Below are positions 1 to 9,615 of a stretch of DNA of 64,000 nt, one piece after another. How positions within the stretch are numbered: position 1 is the stretch's first letter; every line of letters starts with the position of its first letter. Below the pieces are notes generated by a model. That model ran no database searches. It worked only from the letters and a program-made list of their open reading frames with translations, and was not told where the DNA came from. Position numbers and translations under genes: made by a program. This stretch comes from an uncultured archaeon (lineage in GTDB: Archaea; Asgardarchaeota; Heimdallarchaeia; Heimdallarchaeales; Heimdallarchaeaceae): NCBI GenBank assembly GCA_964549075.1, contig CAZJUB010000003.1:1-64000 (forward strand), given 5' to 3'.

Positions 1-762
1 TTCGTCAGTTAGTAATTCTACAGCTGGAGAAAATTCAAGATATGGAATCTCTTTATTGATAACTTCATCTTTTAAGGTTCGGAAAATTTCCATTCCAGTA
101 TAGTCTTTAGAGCAATGCATTCGGTTTCTAGATGTACCACCACCAGAAATTTCGAGAAAGCTACCATCCTCATTTTGGTCATACATCATTCCAAGTTCTT
201 TATGCCACTTAATGATTTTTGGAGCATCACCAACTAGAGCTTTTACTAGTTCTGGTTTATTATCAAAGTGACCTCCTCCAATTGCATCTAAATAGTGGAT
301 AAGTGGTGAATCTTCTGGTCTATCAGCTGCTTGGATACCTCCTTGAGCCATGACAGTATTACAATCACCTAATCTTAGTTTTGTGACTATGAGTATTTGG
401 TCTGCTGGTACTCCCTCATATAGCGCCCAAAGAGCAGCTGAATTTCCAGCTCCTCCAGCTCCAATTACCAGCACACCAACATCATAATCAATTTGTGATA
501 AATCAACATCATCAGGATGAACTGTTGGATAAGCTTCAAGTATATCTACAACCTCATTAGGTACATTATCACCTTTATTAGGTCCCCAACTTATATCCCT
601 CTTAAATTTAGGATTGTAATCTGGGTGGTAGTTATCTAAAACCTCTTTTCTTTCAGCTTCAGTTAGATCAGTTTTAACTTCATTCAAACGTTTTGCTCTA
701 GTTTTGTTTACATTTTCAATGCTTTTTCGCATATAATCTGGATATCCGTCTATCATCTTCAT
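1..762 (-). CDS. Fumarate reductase/succinate dehydrogenase flavoprotein-like subunit (TfrA/SdhA-like), runs off the left edge
   Basis: Not in the ORF track. Manual translation from ATG at 762: MKMIDGYPDYMRKS...VLVIGAGGAGNSAA...LGDCNTVMAQGGIQAA...GGGTSRNRMH..DYTG. This gives the FAD GxGxxG motif plus the SdhA/FrdA/NadB-type AQGG motif. Confidence 0.85.
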   Translation of the reverse strand, partial: MKMIDGYPDYMRKSIENVNKTRAKRLNEVKTDLTEAERKEVLDNYHPDYNPKFKRDISWGPNKGDNVPNEVVDILEAYPTVHPDDVDLSQIDYDVGVLVIGAGGAGNSAALWALYEGVPADQILIVTKLRLGDCNTVMAQGGIQAADRPEDSPLIHYLDAIGGGHFDNKPELVKALVGDAPKIIKWHKELGMMYDQNEDGSFLEISGGGTSRNRMHCSKDYTGMEIFRTLKDEVINKEIPYLEFSPAVELLTDE

Positions 763-767
763 TTTAA

Positions 768-1493
768 TCACGCCTTTTTCTGATCAATGAAATCTCTTTC
801 ATGGAAATACTTGTGACGAAGTTCATCTTTAGATAACTTCATCAGTTCATTGAAACCTTCTTCATAAAATCCTGCTTCAATCTCCTCTACCCTAGCTTCA
901 AGAGTATCGGGAGATTTCATCTCATATTTTCCGTGTAATCTTCTCACAAGGGTCGCAACATGATACTGTGGAATCTCAGCGGGACAACGAATAGTACAAA
1001 GACCACATTGTACGCAGTCAAAAGATTCCTCAGCTGCTTTCTTAATTTGCCCTTGGAGACTGTATTGTACATAATCCATCACATGAATATCTTGTGGGCA
1101 TACTTTTGAACAAGCGTTACAACTTAAACATCTAGCAACCTCTGGATAGAATTGTAATATTGTATTTCCAGTAGGACTTAGCTTGTTAATATCATATTTA
1201 GCTTTAGGTGCTGGAACAAATGGTAGTTGAGTTAGAACCATTCCATCTTCTACTTGTGTTTGACATGCAAGAGCAGCATAAATCCTGTAATCTCCTGCTT
1301 TTCTATACACAGTAGCACAAGCACCACAGAAACCAGCTCTACAGCCAGCTCCTCGTTTGATTTTAAAACCAGCATATTCTATAGCTTTCATGATGGTTAA
1401 TGATGCTGGGACTTCATGTGATGAACCCATAATATATACCTTAACCATAGGGGTTTCGTTTTCTTCCTTTTCTTTTATTTGAGTTTTTGACAT
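768..1493 (-). CDS. Fe-S subunit of fumarate reductase/SDH type (2Fe-2S plus two 4Fe-4S)
   Basis: GCRAGFCGAC...LAC 2Fe-2S motif; CLSCNACSKVCP and CVQCGLCTIRCP; directly upstream of the flavoprotein. Confidence 0.8.
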   Translation of the reverse strand: MSKTQIKEKEENETPMVKVYIMGSSHEVPASLTIMKAIEYAGFKIKRGAGCRAGFCGACATVYRKAGDYRIYAALACQTQVEDGMVLTQLPFVPAPKAKYDINKLSPTGNTILQFYPEVARCLSCNACSKVCPQDIHVMDYVQYSLQGQIKKAAEESFDCVQCGLCTIRCPAEIPQYHVATLVRRLHGKYEMKSPDTLEARVEEIEAGFYEEGFNELMKLSKDELRHKYFHERDFIDQKKA

Positions 1494-1508
1494 TTTTCAC
1501 CCTCTACT

Positions 1509-2423
1509 TTATTTCTTCCCCCCACTTAATCCTAACTCCTTGAGGAGGGGTTTAGGATTAATGTGATGATCTTCAAAATGATTTAATTTCAGTGGCACAC
1601 CTAAAGCTAAAGCCATCAGTTGTGTAAAGTAAAAGACTGGTAAAGGTAATTTTCCAGGAACTTTCTCTTTCAAGATTTTTTGCTGATGATCAATATTATA
1701 GGCGCATAATGGACATGCAACAACTAAAGCATTTGCACCACGCTTTCTTGCTGCTTCTACGATTTTTGTAACTTGAGAATCTACTATTCTGTCTTCATCT
1801 ACTATTTGATAAGAACCACAGCAGAGTTTAAAGAAAGGAGAATCGACAACTTCTGCTCCTAAACTTTCTACTAAATATTCAAGAACTGAAGGCATCTCCA
1901 CATCATCTATTGCTGCTTTATCTGGATGAAGGAGCATACATCCATAATATGGGGAAATTTTCAAGCCTTTAAGTGGATTGACTACATTTTTTGCAATATT
2001 CTCAAAGCCAATTTTATCTCTGAGAATCTCAAGAAAATGTTTAACTTCCATGTCCTCCTTGTAAATCTCATCATCTTCTTCAAGCTGATAATTGACTTTC
2101 TCTAGTTTATCATGATCATGTTTAACTTCATCGTTTACAATTTTCAGTGTGCTATTACACATTGAGCATAATGTTACAACTTCATTAGGTGTTTCTTCAT
2201 CAAGGGTGTCAATATGCTTCCTTGACCTTGATAAAACTCTAACAGGTGCTATTCTTCTCATCATGTTATCTGTTGACAAAGTATGAACTGTTCCGCAGCA
2301 ATTCCAATTTGGTATTTCAACTAATTCAGCGCTTAATTTCTTGCTTACTGCTATTGCTGTTTCTTCAAAACCTTTAGCATTGGTTTTTAAGTTGCATCCA
2401 GGGAAATAAGAATATCGTACCAT
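1509..2423 (-). CDS. hdrB: Heterodisulfide reductase subunit B (CCG domains)
   Basis: YFPGC, WNCCG, YYGC, CCG and ACPLC motifs; adjacent to hdrC and hdrA. Confidence 0.93.
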   Translation of the reverse strand: MVRYSYFPGCNLKTNAKGFEETAIAVSKKLSAELVEIPNWNCCGTVHTLSTDNMMRRIAPVRVLSRSRKHIDTLDEETPNEVVTLCSMCNSTLKIVNDEVKHDHDKLEKVNYQLEEDDEIYKEDMEVKHFLEILRDKIGFENIAKNVVNPLKGLKISPYYGCMLLHPDKAAIDDVEMPSVLEYLVESLGAEVVDSPFFKLCCGSYQIVDEDRIVDSQVTKIVEAARKRGANALVVACPLCAYNIDHQQKILKEKVPGKLPLPVFYFTQLMALALGVPLKLNHFEDHHINPKPLLKELGLSGGKK

Positions 2424-2430
2424 TTTTTAC

Positions 2431-2850
2431 TCACTCTGTTTTCTTTCTGAAGTTGCTTACTAAAGCTATGTTTGGAAGTTTGTCTAGTACTTCTTTTGGA
2501 ATGTTAGAAATTTTGACTTTTTCAGGTTCTTCTCTCAGCTGATATTCTCTGACTGCTTCCATCAAGGCTGCGACGTCTATCTCTCTTGGACATCTAACAG
2601 AACATGTCAGACAGCTAGCACAAACCCAATGAGTGTTAGCCGCTAAAACTCTCTCTTTTTGTCCAACTTGTATGAGATGAATAAGTTGATTGACAGTCTT
2701 GTCCATGTAGCTACTAAAAGCACATCCAGCTGAACATTTGCCGCATTGGTAACAGCTGTAAACATTCTGACCTGATATCTCCTCGATTTTTTCAATGAAG
2801 TCTTTTTCTTCTTTTCCGAATTTTATATATTCAAATGACATGTTTAACAC
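2431..2850 (-). CDS. hdrC: Heterodisulfide reductase subunit C
   Basis: CYQCGKCSAGC and WVCASCLTCSVRCPREID. Confidence 0.92.
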   Translation of the reverse strand: MLNMSFEYIKFGKEEKDFIEKIEEISGQNVYSCYQCGKCSAGCAFSSYMDKTVNQLIHLIQVGQKERVLAANTHWVCASCLTCSVRCPREIDVAALMEAVREYQLREEPEKVKISNIPKEVLDKLPNIALVSNFRKKTE

Positions 2851-2853
2851 TCC

Positions 2854-4821
2854 TTATTCTTCTCCTAATGCACTAATAAGTGCAAGAATCTGACTATCTG
2901 TATATCCAAGTTGGTTAATAGCACCATTCAGACAGGCTGCAGCACAACTTCCGCAACCTTTGCAAAGAGCTTCATTAACAAAAGCAACTTGTAACGTGTG
3001 TCCGTATCTGTTTACTGCTTTTAGTTCAATAGCATTGTAAGGACAGGCTTCAGCACATAATCCACAACCTCGGCATAAAGATTCTTCTACCTTTGCAACA
3101 GTTCCTTCTATCTCTAATTCGTCTTGTGCTAAAATACCAGCAGCTCTTGAAGCTGCTCCACTGGCGTTAGAAACTGTTTCAGGAATGTCTTTAGGTCCTG
3201 TTACAGTTCCAGCAACAAAAACACCAGAAATAGCAGTGTCTACTGGTTTGAGTTTTGGATGAGCTTCTCTGATAAAACCATTTATACCTATAGAAACATT
3301 AAGCAAATTTGCCATCTTTTTGGTTCCTTCGCTTGGAATCATTCCTGTTGCTAAAACAACTAAATCTGCATGTAGTTCAACTGTTTCACCTGAGAGTGTA
3401 TCTACACCTTTGATGAGAATTCTATCGCCATCTTGGAACAGTTCTGAAACCTTTCCTCGTATGTAAACAACATGATCTTCCTCTGCAGCTCTTTGATAAA
3501 ATTCCTCATAATCTTTTCCTGCAGTTCTGATATCAATATAGAAATTAATTGCAGTTCCATCGTGTACAAGGTGCTTGTACATTAAAGCATGTTTTGTCGA
3601 ATACATACAACATATCTTAGAACAATATGGCAGGTGTTTACTTGGGTCTCGAGATCCTGCACAATGTACGAAAACAACTGTTTTGGGTATAGTCCCATCT
3701 GAAGGGCGTAATATTTTTCCTCCAGTCGGTCCTCCAGAAGAGAGGAGTCTTTCAAAATCCAGTCCTGAAATAACATCAGGGATTGTACCATAACCATATT
3801 CGCCTATGTTTTCAATAGGATAAGTTTCGTAACCTGTAGCTATAATTATTGAACCATATTCTTCTTCTATTATCTCTGGTTGCATATCAAAATCTATAGC
3901 TTCAGGACCGCATACATCTCGGCATTTCGCACAGATTAAAGGATCAATTCCTAAGCATGCATCTGGATCAATAAGATATGAAGCTGGAATAGCTTGAGGA
4001 TAAGATATGTAGATAGCTTTTCTTGGAGCAAATCCCTGATTGTATTCATCATGAGTGATAACAGGACATACATCAACACAATCATCACACAATGTACATT
4101 TTTCTTCAATCACATAACGTGGACTTTTCTTTATTTTTGCTTTGAAATTACCTACGTACCCATCTACTTCTATGACTTCGCTTAGCGCTAATAATTCGAT
4201 ATTTGGATGTCTACTTACATCTACCATCTTAGGACTAAGAATACATTGAGAACAGTCCAACGTTGGAAAAGTCTTATCCAGTTGTGCCATCTTCCCTCCA
4301 ATACTAGATGTTTTTTCAACTAGTGTGGTTTTAAATCCCATATCAGCTAGGTCTAAAGCAGCTTGAATACCTGCAATTCCTCCTCCAATAACGAGTGCCT
4401 TGTGATTTACTCCGACCTTCTTCCTTTCAAGAGGTTGCATTAAAGATGAACGCACAACAGCGCCTTTAAGAAGTGATGTGGCTTTTTCTGTGCCTTCTTT
4501 CATATCTTCATGAACCCAAGAAACTTGTTCTCGAATATTCACAATTTCGAGTACATATGGATTTAATCCTTTATCTTCTAGAACAGCTCTAAATGTAGGT
4601 TCATGCATCCTAGGTGAACAAGCAGCAACTACAACTCTATCAAGTTCTTTCTCTTCGATATCCTTTTTTATTAATTCTTGTCCAGGATCTGAACACATGT
4701 ATTTGTAAACCCTGCTTACTTCTACATTGGGGAATTCTTTTGCTCGTTCTGCTATCTCTTCAACATCAACAGTACCAGCAATGTTACTTCCACATTCACA
4801 GATATAAACACCAATTTTCAT
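2854..4821 (-). CDS. hdrA: Heterodisulfide reductase subunit A (bifurcating FAD/Fe-S)
   Basis: MKIGVYICECGSNIAG, ACSPRMHE, GGGIAG, LDKTFPTLDCSQC, YCSKICC, GPKDIP and a C-terminal ferredoxin domain. Confidence 0.97.
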   Translation of the reverse strand: MKIGVYICECGSNIAGTVDVEEIAERAKEFPNVEVSRVYKYMCSDPGQELIKKDIEEKELDRVVVAACSPRMHEPTFRAVLEDKGLNPYVLEIVNIREQVSWVHEDMKEGTEKATSLLKGAVVRSSLMQPLERKKVGVNHKALVIGGGIAGIQAALDLADMGFKTTLVEKTSSIGGKMAQLDKTFPTLDCSQCILSPKMVDVSRHPNIELLALSEVIEVDGYVGNFKAKIKKSPRYVIEEKCTLCDDCVDVCPVITHDEYNQGFAPRKAIYISYPQAIPASYLIDPDACLGIDPLICAKCRDVCGPEAIDFDMQPEIIEEEYGSIIIATGYETYPIENIGEYGYGTIPDVISGLDFERLLSSGGPTGGKILRPSDGTIPKTVVFVHCAGSRDPSKHLPYCSKICCMYSTKHALMYKHLVHDGTAINFYIDIRTAGKDYEEFYQRAAEEDHVVYIRGKVSELFQDGDRILIKGVDTLSGETVELHADLVVLATGMIPSEGTKKMANLLNVSIGINGFIREAHPKLKPVDTAISGVFVAGTVTGPKDIPETVSNASGAASRAAGILAQDELEIEGTVAKVEESLCRGCGLCAEACPYNAIELKAVNRYGHTLQVAFVNEALCKGCGSCAAACLNGAINQLGYTDSQILALISALGEE

Positions 4822-4836
4822 ACAATTACCACGTCT

Positions 4837-5715
4837 TTACATATCTCCTTCCAAATCTTTGATTTGATCCCAGGAGAATACGGGACCATCTTTACAAACA
4901 TAGAGATTACCTATGTTACAACGTCCACACATACCTATACCACATTTCATCCTCATTTCTAATGTAGTGTAGATTTGTTCGTCTTTAAAGCCTAATTCTA
5001 TAAGATCTTGAATAACAAATTTAATCATAATTGGAGGACCACAAGTTATAGCTATCGTATTTTCAGGAGATGGCTTTAATCTCATTAAATTAGATGGAAC
5101 AAATCCAACATAATGTTCCCAATCCTCCTCCTCAACATCTATCGAAAGATGTACCTGTAGATTGTCCATTCCTGCCATTTTAGAAAACTCATCTTTGTAA
5201 CAAAGATCTTTAGAAGTCCTTGCTCCGTAGATAATGTTTAGATCACCATAATCTTTCCTATTATCAATACAATAGTTTATTACAGATCGTAATGGTGCTT
5301 GACCTATTCCTCCACCGATAAAAAGTATGTTTTTACCTTTCCATTTTTCAACAGGAAAACTGTTTCCATATGGGCCTCTTGCTCCTAAAATATCACCTAT
5401 CTGTTTTTGATGTAAAGCTTTTGTGTGCTTTCCATATCTCATCGCGCTAAATTCTATGTAACCTTTTTGTGTTGGTGAAGATGAAATAGCAAAAGTACTT
5501 TCACCTACCCCTAATACACTAACCATGATAAATTGACCTGGTTTAAAAGTAAAGTTTTTTCGAAGATCTTCATCTAGAAATTCAAGCTTGAAAGTTTTGA
5601 TTGCTCTTTCTCCAGTTGCTTCTAATGTTATATCAGCGATTTTTGCTAATCCTGGTTTGTATGCATTTTCTCCCATCATCATTCCTTCTCCTGTCATTGT
5701 TCCGTCTTCCGTCAT
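4837..5715 (-). CDS. flxA: FlxA-like NAD(P)H:flavin oxidoreductase (HydG/AsrB/PyrK family)
   Basis: FKPGQF, RGPYGN, GGGIG, CGPP and MKCGIGMCGRC; located next to hdrA. Confidence 0.8.
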   Translation of the reverse strand: MTEDGTMTGEGMMMGENAYKPGLAKIADITLEATGERAIKTFKLEFLDEDLRKNFTFKPGQFIMVSVLGVGESTFAISSSPTQKGYIEFSAMRYGKHTKALHQKQIGDILGARGPYGNSFPVEKWKGKNILFIGGGIGQAPLRSVINYCIDNRKDYGDLNIIYGARTSKDLCYKDEFSKMAGMDNLQVHLSIDVEEEDWEHYVGFVPSNLMRLKPSPENTIAITCGPPIMIKFVIQDLIELGFKDEQIYTTLEMRMKCGIGMCGRCNIGNLYVCKDGPVFSWDQIKDLEGDM

Positions 5716-6749
5716 TATTTCATCTCCTCTACATCATTGATTATATTGATTATATCAATATTAACTGGGCAATAATCAATACATCTACCACATCCAGTAC
5801 AGCCAAAAACACCATCATTTCTTGGGAAGAAATTAAATTTATGATATACTCTATTTCTCACTCTATTCATTCTTGAAGGTCGAGGATTATGTCCAGAAGC
5901 ATGATGAGTATATTCTGGATTCATACATGAATCCCATACTCTTATTCTTCCTCCTTGTTTGAGAGTACTTTCATCTTGAATATCAAAACAATGACATGTT
6001 GGACATAAATAGGTACATATGCCACAACCAATGCAACGCATCGCAACTTGCCCCCAATACTCGTGTTGAAACATTCCTCCAAGTTTTTTAGTTACTCCTT
6101 CAGTATTCATTTTTCTAGTGATAGCTGAAATAGATGTTTTTTCGACCTTATTACGAGCTTTTAAATCCTCTTCTGAAGCTTTGGAAAACATTTTACTAAG
6201 ATTTTCTATTAGCTCTTCTCCCTTTTTGGTGATAACATCAATATAGAATTTGTCTCCTAAATCTGTAAATAATAGATCTAGATGTTTAGTACTAGCAGGA
6301 CTATCATCAAAAGAGGTACAGAAACAATTTACAGCTGGCTCATTACAGCTTAATCCAATTAATGTACTTCGATTTCTTTTTAGGACGTAAAATAAATCTT
6401 GATAATCTCCTTCTTTTCTCCCTTCAAAAACAGGATTTAGAAGATCATACCCTCTAGCATCACAAGGTCGGATACCAAATACAATTCTTTTTCCAGAATC
6501 TACTTTCGGTGTTTCAACTTTAATTTCCTTACCTTTTGTAAATGTGAATAATGTTTCTGTTTGTTGGAAAACTAAAGACTTAGGAGGTACTCTAGAGAGT
6601 AAATAATCCAAATTTATCTCTGAAGGATCGTCTAATTCTTGAAACTGTGTAAATCCCGTTTCTTCTTTAGGACCTATTAGAGTGAACTTTGCTGCTATCT
6701 CTGCAAGCATTTCAGGTAATTTTTCTTTTAGTAATATTAAGCTGTCCAT
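5715..6749 (-). CDS. flxB: FlxB-like 4Fe-4S protein (AsrA/HydB family)
   Basis: GIRPCD, CFC, CIGCGICTYLCPTCHCF, WDSC and GCTGCGRCIDYCP. Confidence 0.8.
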   Translation of the reverse strand: MDSLILLKEKLPEMLAEIAAKFTLIGPKEETGFTQFQELDDPSEINLDYLLSRVPPKSLVFQQTETLFTFTKGKEIKVETPKVDSGKRIVFGIRPCDARGYDLLNPVFEGRKEGDYQDLFYVLKRNRSTLIGLSCNEPAVNCFCTSFDDSPASTKHLDLLFTDLGDKFYIDVITKKGEELIENLSKMFSKASEEDLKARNKVEKTSISAITRKMNTEGVTKKLGGMFQHEYWGQVAMRCIGCGICTYLCPTCHCFDIQDESTLKQGGRIRVWDSCMNPEYTHHASGHNPRPSRMNRVRNRVYHKFNFFPRNDGVFGCTGCGRCIDYCPVNIDIINIINDVEEMK

Positions 6750-6758
6750 TTTAATACC

Positions 6759-7742
6759 TCACAAAACAAAATCCTCCGGATCATCTGGTTTAAACATTCC
6801 AAGCAATGGTTTTTCTTCTGTGTCGATTCCAGAGGTATAATCAAACATCTCCTTTACTTCTTTTTCAATAAATTTGTTTAACTCCATTAGAGGTATGTTT
6901 ACAGGACATGCTCTCTCACATTCACCACAACTTATACATCTTCCAGCTAAATGGAAAGCACGCATAACATTCCATGCTGTATTCTCTGACAGATCAACAG
7001 ATCTTCTCACCCATTGTGGTTCTAAAAGGTCAACCATACATTCTTTACAATAACATAAAGGACAAGCTTCTCTACAAGCATAACATCGAATACATTTCTC
7101 AAAGTGATTTTCCCAATATTTCCATCTCTCTTCAAGAGATTTGTTTTCTAAATTTTCTACACGTTCAAAATTTTCAATCTTAAAATCTTCAATTTTTTCT
7201 CCAATCAACACATCATAAATTACTGGATTTGGATATTCACAACTTCTACAAACATCAGAAATGAGTTCTGTCTTTGGAACCTTGTGTGTTTTATTGGTTG
7301 TTATAATATAGTTGCCTTCTTCATCTTCCTCAAGATCAGCAAGTTCTGTTTGTTTTGGAAACATTTTTTCAAGTTTCTTTGAATCAATAACACCTCTACA
7401 TGGGATTCCAATGAGTACAACATCTTCTCTTTTCAATCCCTTCTCTTGGATTATTTGGGCAATTGCTCTAGAATCGCACCCTTTCACAACTATACCTACT
7501 TTTCTTTTATCCTCTTCTTCTCCTCTTTTAAGAGGAAGTTTTTCTTCAAGCATTGGATAAACTGTTAAGTTTTTAGCACATAAAGGAGAGAAAATAAACC
7601 CTTCAACATCTTTCGAATTATATGCAAAAGCTGGCATTATTTGAAAACCATAAGTTCCTCTCTTGTAGCCTATAATATATTTTACATCTTCTCGAGAGAC
7701 TATCTCTTTAGCTGCATTGATTAGGTTTCTATTGTCTGCCAT
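6759..7742 (-). CDS. flxC: FlxC-like Fe-S protein (FdhB-like)
   Basis: KGCD, CIRCYACREACPLCYC and FHLAGRCISCGECERACP. Confidence 0.78.
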   Translation of the reverse strand: MADNRNLINAAKEIVSREDVKYIIGYKRGTYGFQIMPAFAYNSKDVEGFIFSPLCAKNLTVYPMLEEKLPLKRGEEEDKRKVGIVVKGCDSRAIAQIIQEKGLKREDVVLIGIPCRGVIDSKKLEKMFPKQTELADLEEDEEGNYIITTNKTHKVPKTELISDVCRSCEYPNPVIYDVLIGEKIEDFKIENFERVENLENKSLEERWKYWENHFEKCIRCYACREACPLCYCKECMVDLLEPQWVRRSVDLSENTAWNVMRAFHLAGRCISCGECERACPVNIPLMELNKFIEKEVKEMFDYTSGIDTEEKPLLGMFKPDDPEDFVL

Positions 7743-8164
7743 GCATTTTTCCTCCTGATTTTTGTCATAGGTCCAAGTTTCCTAATGTCTTCAGTAACTT
7801 CTCTTACAACATCAGCAAATTTTATTCCTTCTGCTGCTGAAACCCATGTCATACGTACCCTCTCTGGTTCAATACCCATATATTCAAGTAATTTCTTCAT
7901 GATTGAAATTCTTCTACGTGCTAAATAGTTACCATGGTTATAATGACAATCTCCTGGATGACATCCTCCAATTAAAACTCCATCAGCTCCCTGTTGTAGC
8001 GCATTTATTACATACATTGGATTAATTCTTCCTGAGCACATTACCTTTATAATTTTTACATTTGGGGGGTATTGGATCCTACTTGTACCAGCTAAGTCAG
8101 CTCCAGCATAACTGCACCAGTTACATAAGAAACCAATTATATTTGGTTCAAATTCCTCTTCCAT
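7721..8164 (-). CDS. mvhD: MvhD/FlxD 2Fe-2S subunit
   Basis: FLCNWCSYAGADLAG, CSGR, GCHPGDCHY and WVSAAEG. Confidence 0.95.
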   Translation of the reverse strand: MEEEFEPNIIGFLCNWCSYAGADLAGTSRIQYPPNVKIIKVMCSGRINPMYVINALQQGADGVLIGGCHPGDCHYNHGNYLARRRISIMKKLLEYMGIEPERVRMTWVSAAEGIKFADVVREVTEDIRKLGPMTKIRRKNAWQTIET

Positions 8165-8198
8165 TTTCTAAACTCCTTACCTAGATTAATTTCTTCTA

Positions 8199-8756
8199 TC
8201 AGTCCTTTGTTTTATACTCTTTACCTAATTTGAAAGCCTCAAGATTTTTCTCGATGTATCTTTCTCTGATTTTTGTTTTCATAACTTTGATCATCGCTTC
8301 TTCTGAAAATAATCCAGTTGTGTTTGCACAAACAAACCCTAACATTGCGATGTTAGCATATAATCTGCTACCTAATGACTCTGCAATTTTTGTTGCTGGA
8401 ATTTTGAAAATCTTTTTCGCTTTTTTTGCATTGTCATCTAAAGTAACTAAATCTTCTTCCACAAAAAGGATTCCTCCTTTTTTCAGTTTAGGGATATATT
8501 TATAGTAAGCTTCTTCTGACATCACAACAAAATAATCTAGTTCAGTAGCTTTTGGGTAATCTATATCTTCTGTATCGACAACAACGTCGGTACTACTTGC
8601 TCCTCCGCGACTTTCCGGTCCATAACTTTGTGTCATCACAGAATTCTTACCTTCTTCATATAGTCCAGTTGCTTCACCTACAAGCCTTCCCATAAGACCA
8701 ATACCTTGACCACCAAAACCTGCAAATCTAATCTCTACTCTTGCCAAATCTCTCAC
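8199..8756 (-). CDS. korC: 2-oxoacid (2-oxoglutarate-type):ferredoxin oxidoreductase gamma subunit
   Basis: AGFGGQG, QSYGPESRGG and NIAMLG. Confidence 0.85.
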   Translation of the reverse strand: MRDLARVEIRFAGFGGQGIGLMGRLVGEATGLYEEGKNSVMTQSYGPESRGGASSTDVVVDTEDIDYPKATELDYFVVMSEEAYYKYIPKLKKGGILFVEEDLVTLDDNAKKAKKIFKIPATKIAESLGSRLYANIAMLGFVCANTTGLFSEEAMIKVMKTKIRERYIEKNLEAFKLGKEYKTKD

Positions 8757-8757
8757 C

Positions 8758-9615
8758 TTATTTTTTTGCTTGACTCATCCTCTGAATTTTGAGTAAGTTC
8801 TCAGTTAGTGTGGGTCTTTCATCTCTATCTATAAATCTTCCAACTATGATAGGAGAATCATGAGAAATAGATACATCTCTAGTGTCAGCATTATGATTCA
8901 ACACAGTGTTCTCTCTAAAGAATTCTAAGATTTTCTTACCTTCTGCAAGTTGGTTTCTTCTACCAAAAGTAGTAGGACAGCTTCCTAGAACCTCAACAAA
9001 CGAGAAACCATTTTTCGCAATAGCTTCAGAAAATGCCTCTTTAACCCTTCTTACGTCTAAAGCAGTCCATCTGGCTACATAAGCTGCTCCACAACTAGCC
9101 ATTAAATCAGGGATGTTGAATGGTTGTTCTTGTGATCCATAAGGTGTGGTTGTTTGTACTTGACCAGGGTATGTTGTTGGACCAGCTTGTCCTCCAGTCA
9201 TACCATAGTTAAAATTATTTACACAAATTACTGTAAGGTTTGCATTCCTTCTTGCAGCGTGAATTATGTGATTCCCTCCAATTGCAAATAGATCACCATC
9301 ACCGGAAATAACAATTACTTTACGATTTGGATCAGTAACACTTAATCCAATTGAAAAAGGAATTGCTCTTCCATGAGTTGTGTGAAAACTATCGAAATTG
9401 AGATATCCAGCTATCCTTCCTGTACATCCTATACCTGAGACTACTGCAACATCTTTCGGATCATATTCTGATTCCAGTATCGCCTCAAGTAGAATATTTG
9501 TAATTGATCCTAAACTACACCCTGGACAGAATATGTGGGGGATCCTTCCTTCACGTAAAAAACCATCCAAAGGATGTTCTTTTGATTCTTGTAATTTTAC
9601 CTTTTCCTCAACCAT
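8758..9615 (-). CDS. korB: 2-oxoacid:ferredoxin oxidoreductase beta subunit (TPP-binding)
   Basis: FCPGC, SGIGC, HGRA and GDGD...NNFNYGMTGGQ. Confidence 0.9.
   Translation of the reverse strand: MVEEKVKLQESKEHPLDGFLREGRIPHIFCPGCSLGSITNILLEAILESEYDPKDVAVVSGIGCTGRIAGYLNFDSFHTTHGRAIPFSIGLSVTDPNRKVIVISGDGDLFAIGGNHIIHAARRNANLTVICVNNFNYGMTGGQAGPTTYPGQVQTTTPYGSQEQPFNIPDLMASCGAAYVARWTALDVRRVKEAFSEAIAKNGFSFVEVLGSCPTTFGRRNQLAEGKKILEFFRENTVLNHNADTRDVSISHDSPIIVGRFIDRDERPTLTENLLKIQRMSQAKK

Noticed and set aside
2854-8164. Selenocysteine recoding in HdrA/MvhD, as in some Asgards and methanogens
   Set aside because: Both ORFs are uninterrupted with Cys at the relevant motifs; there is no in-frame TGA.
1509-8164. 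Methanogenesis or an Mvh hydrogenase
   Set aside because: No mcr, mtr, mvhA or mvhG in the window; the partner genes are Flx-type.
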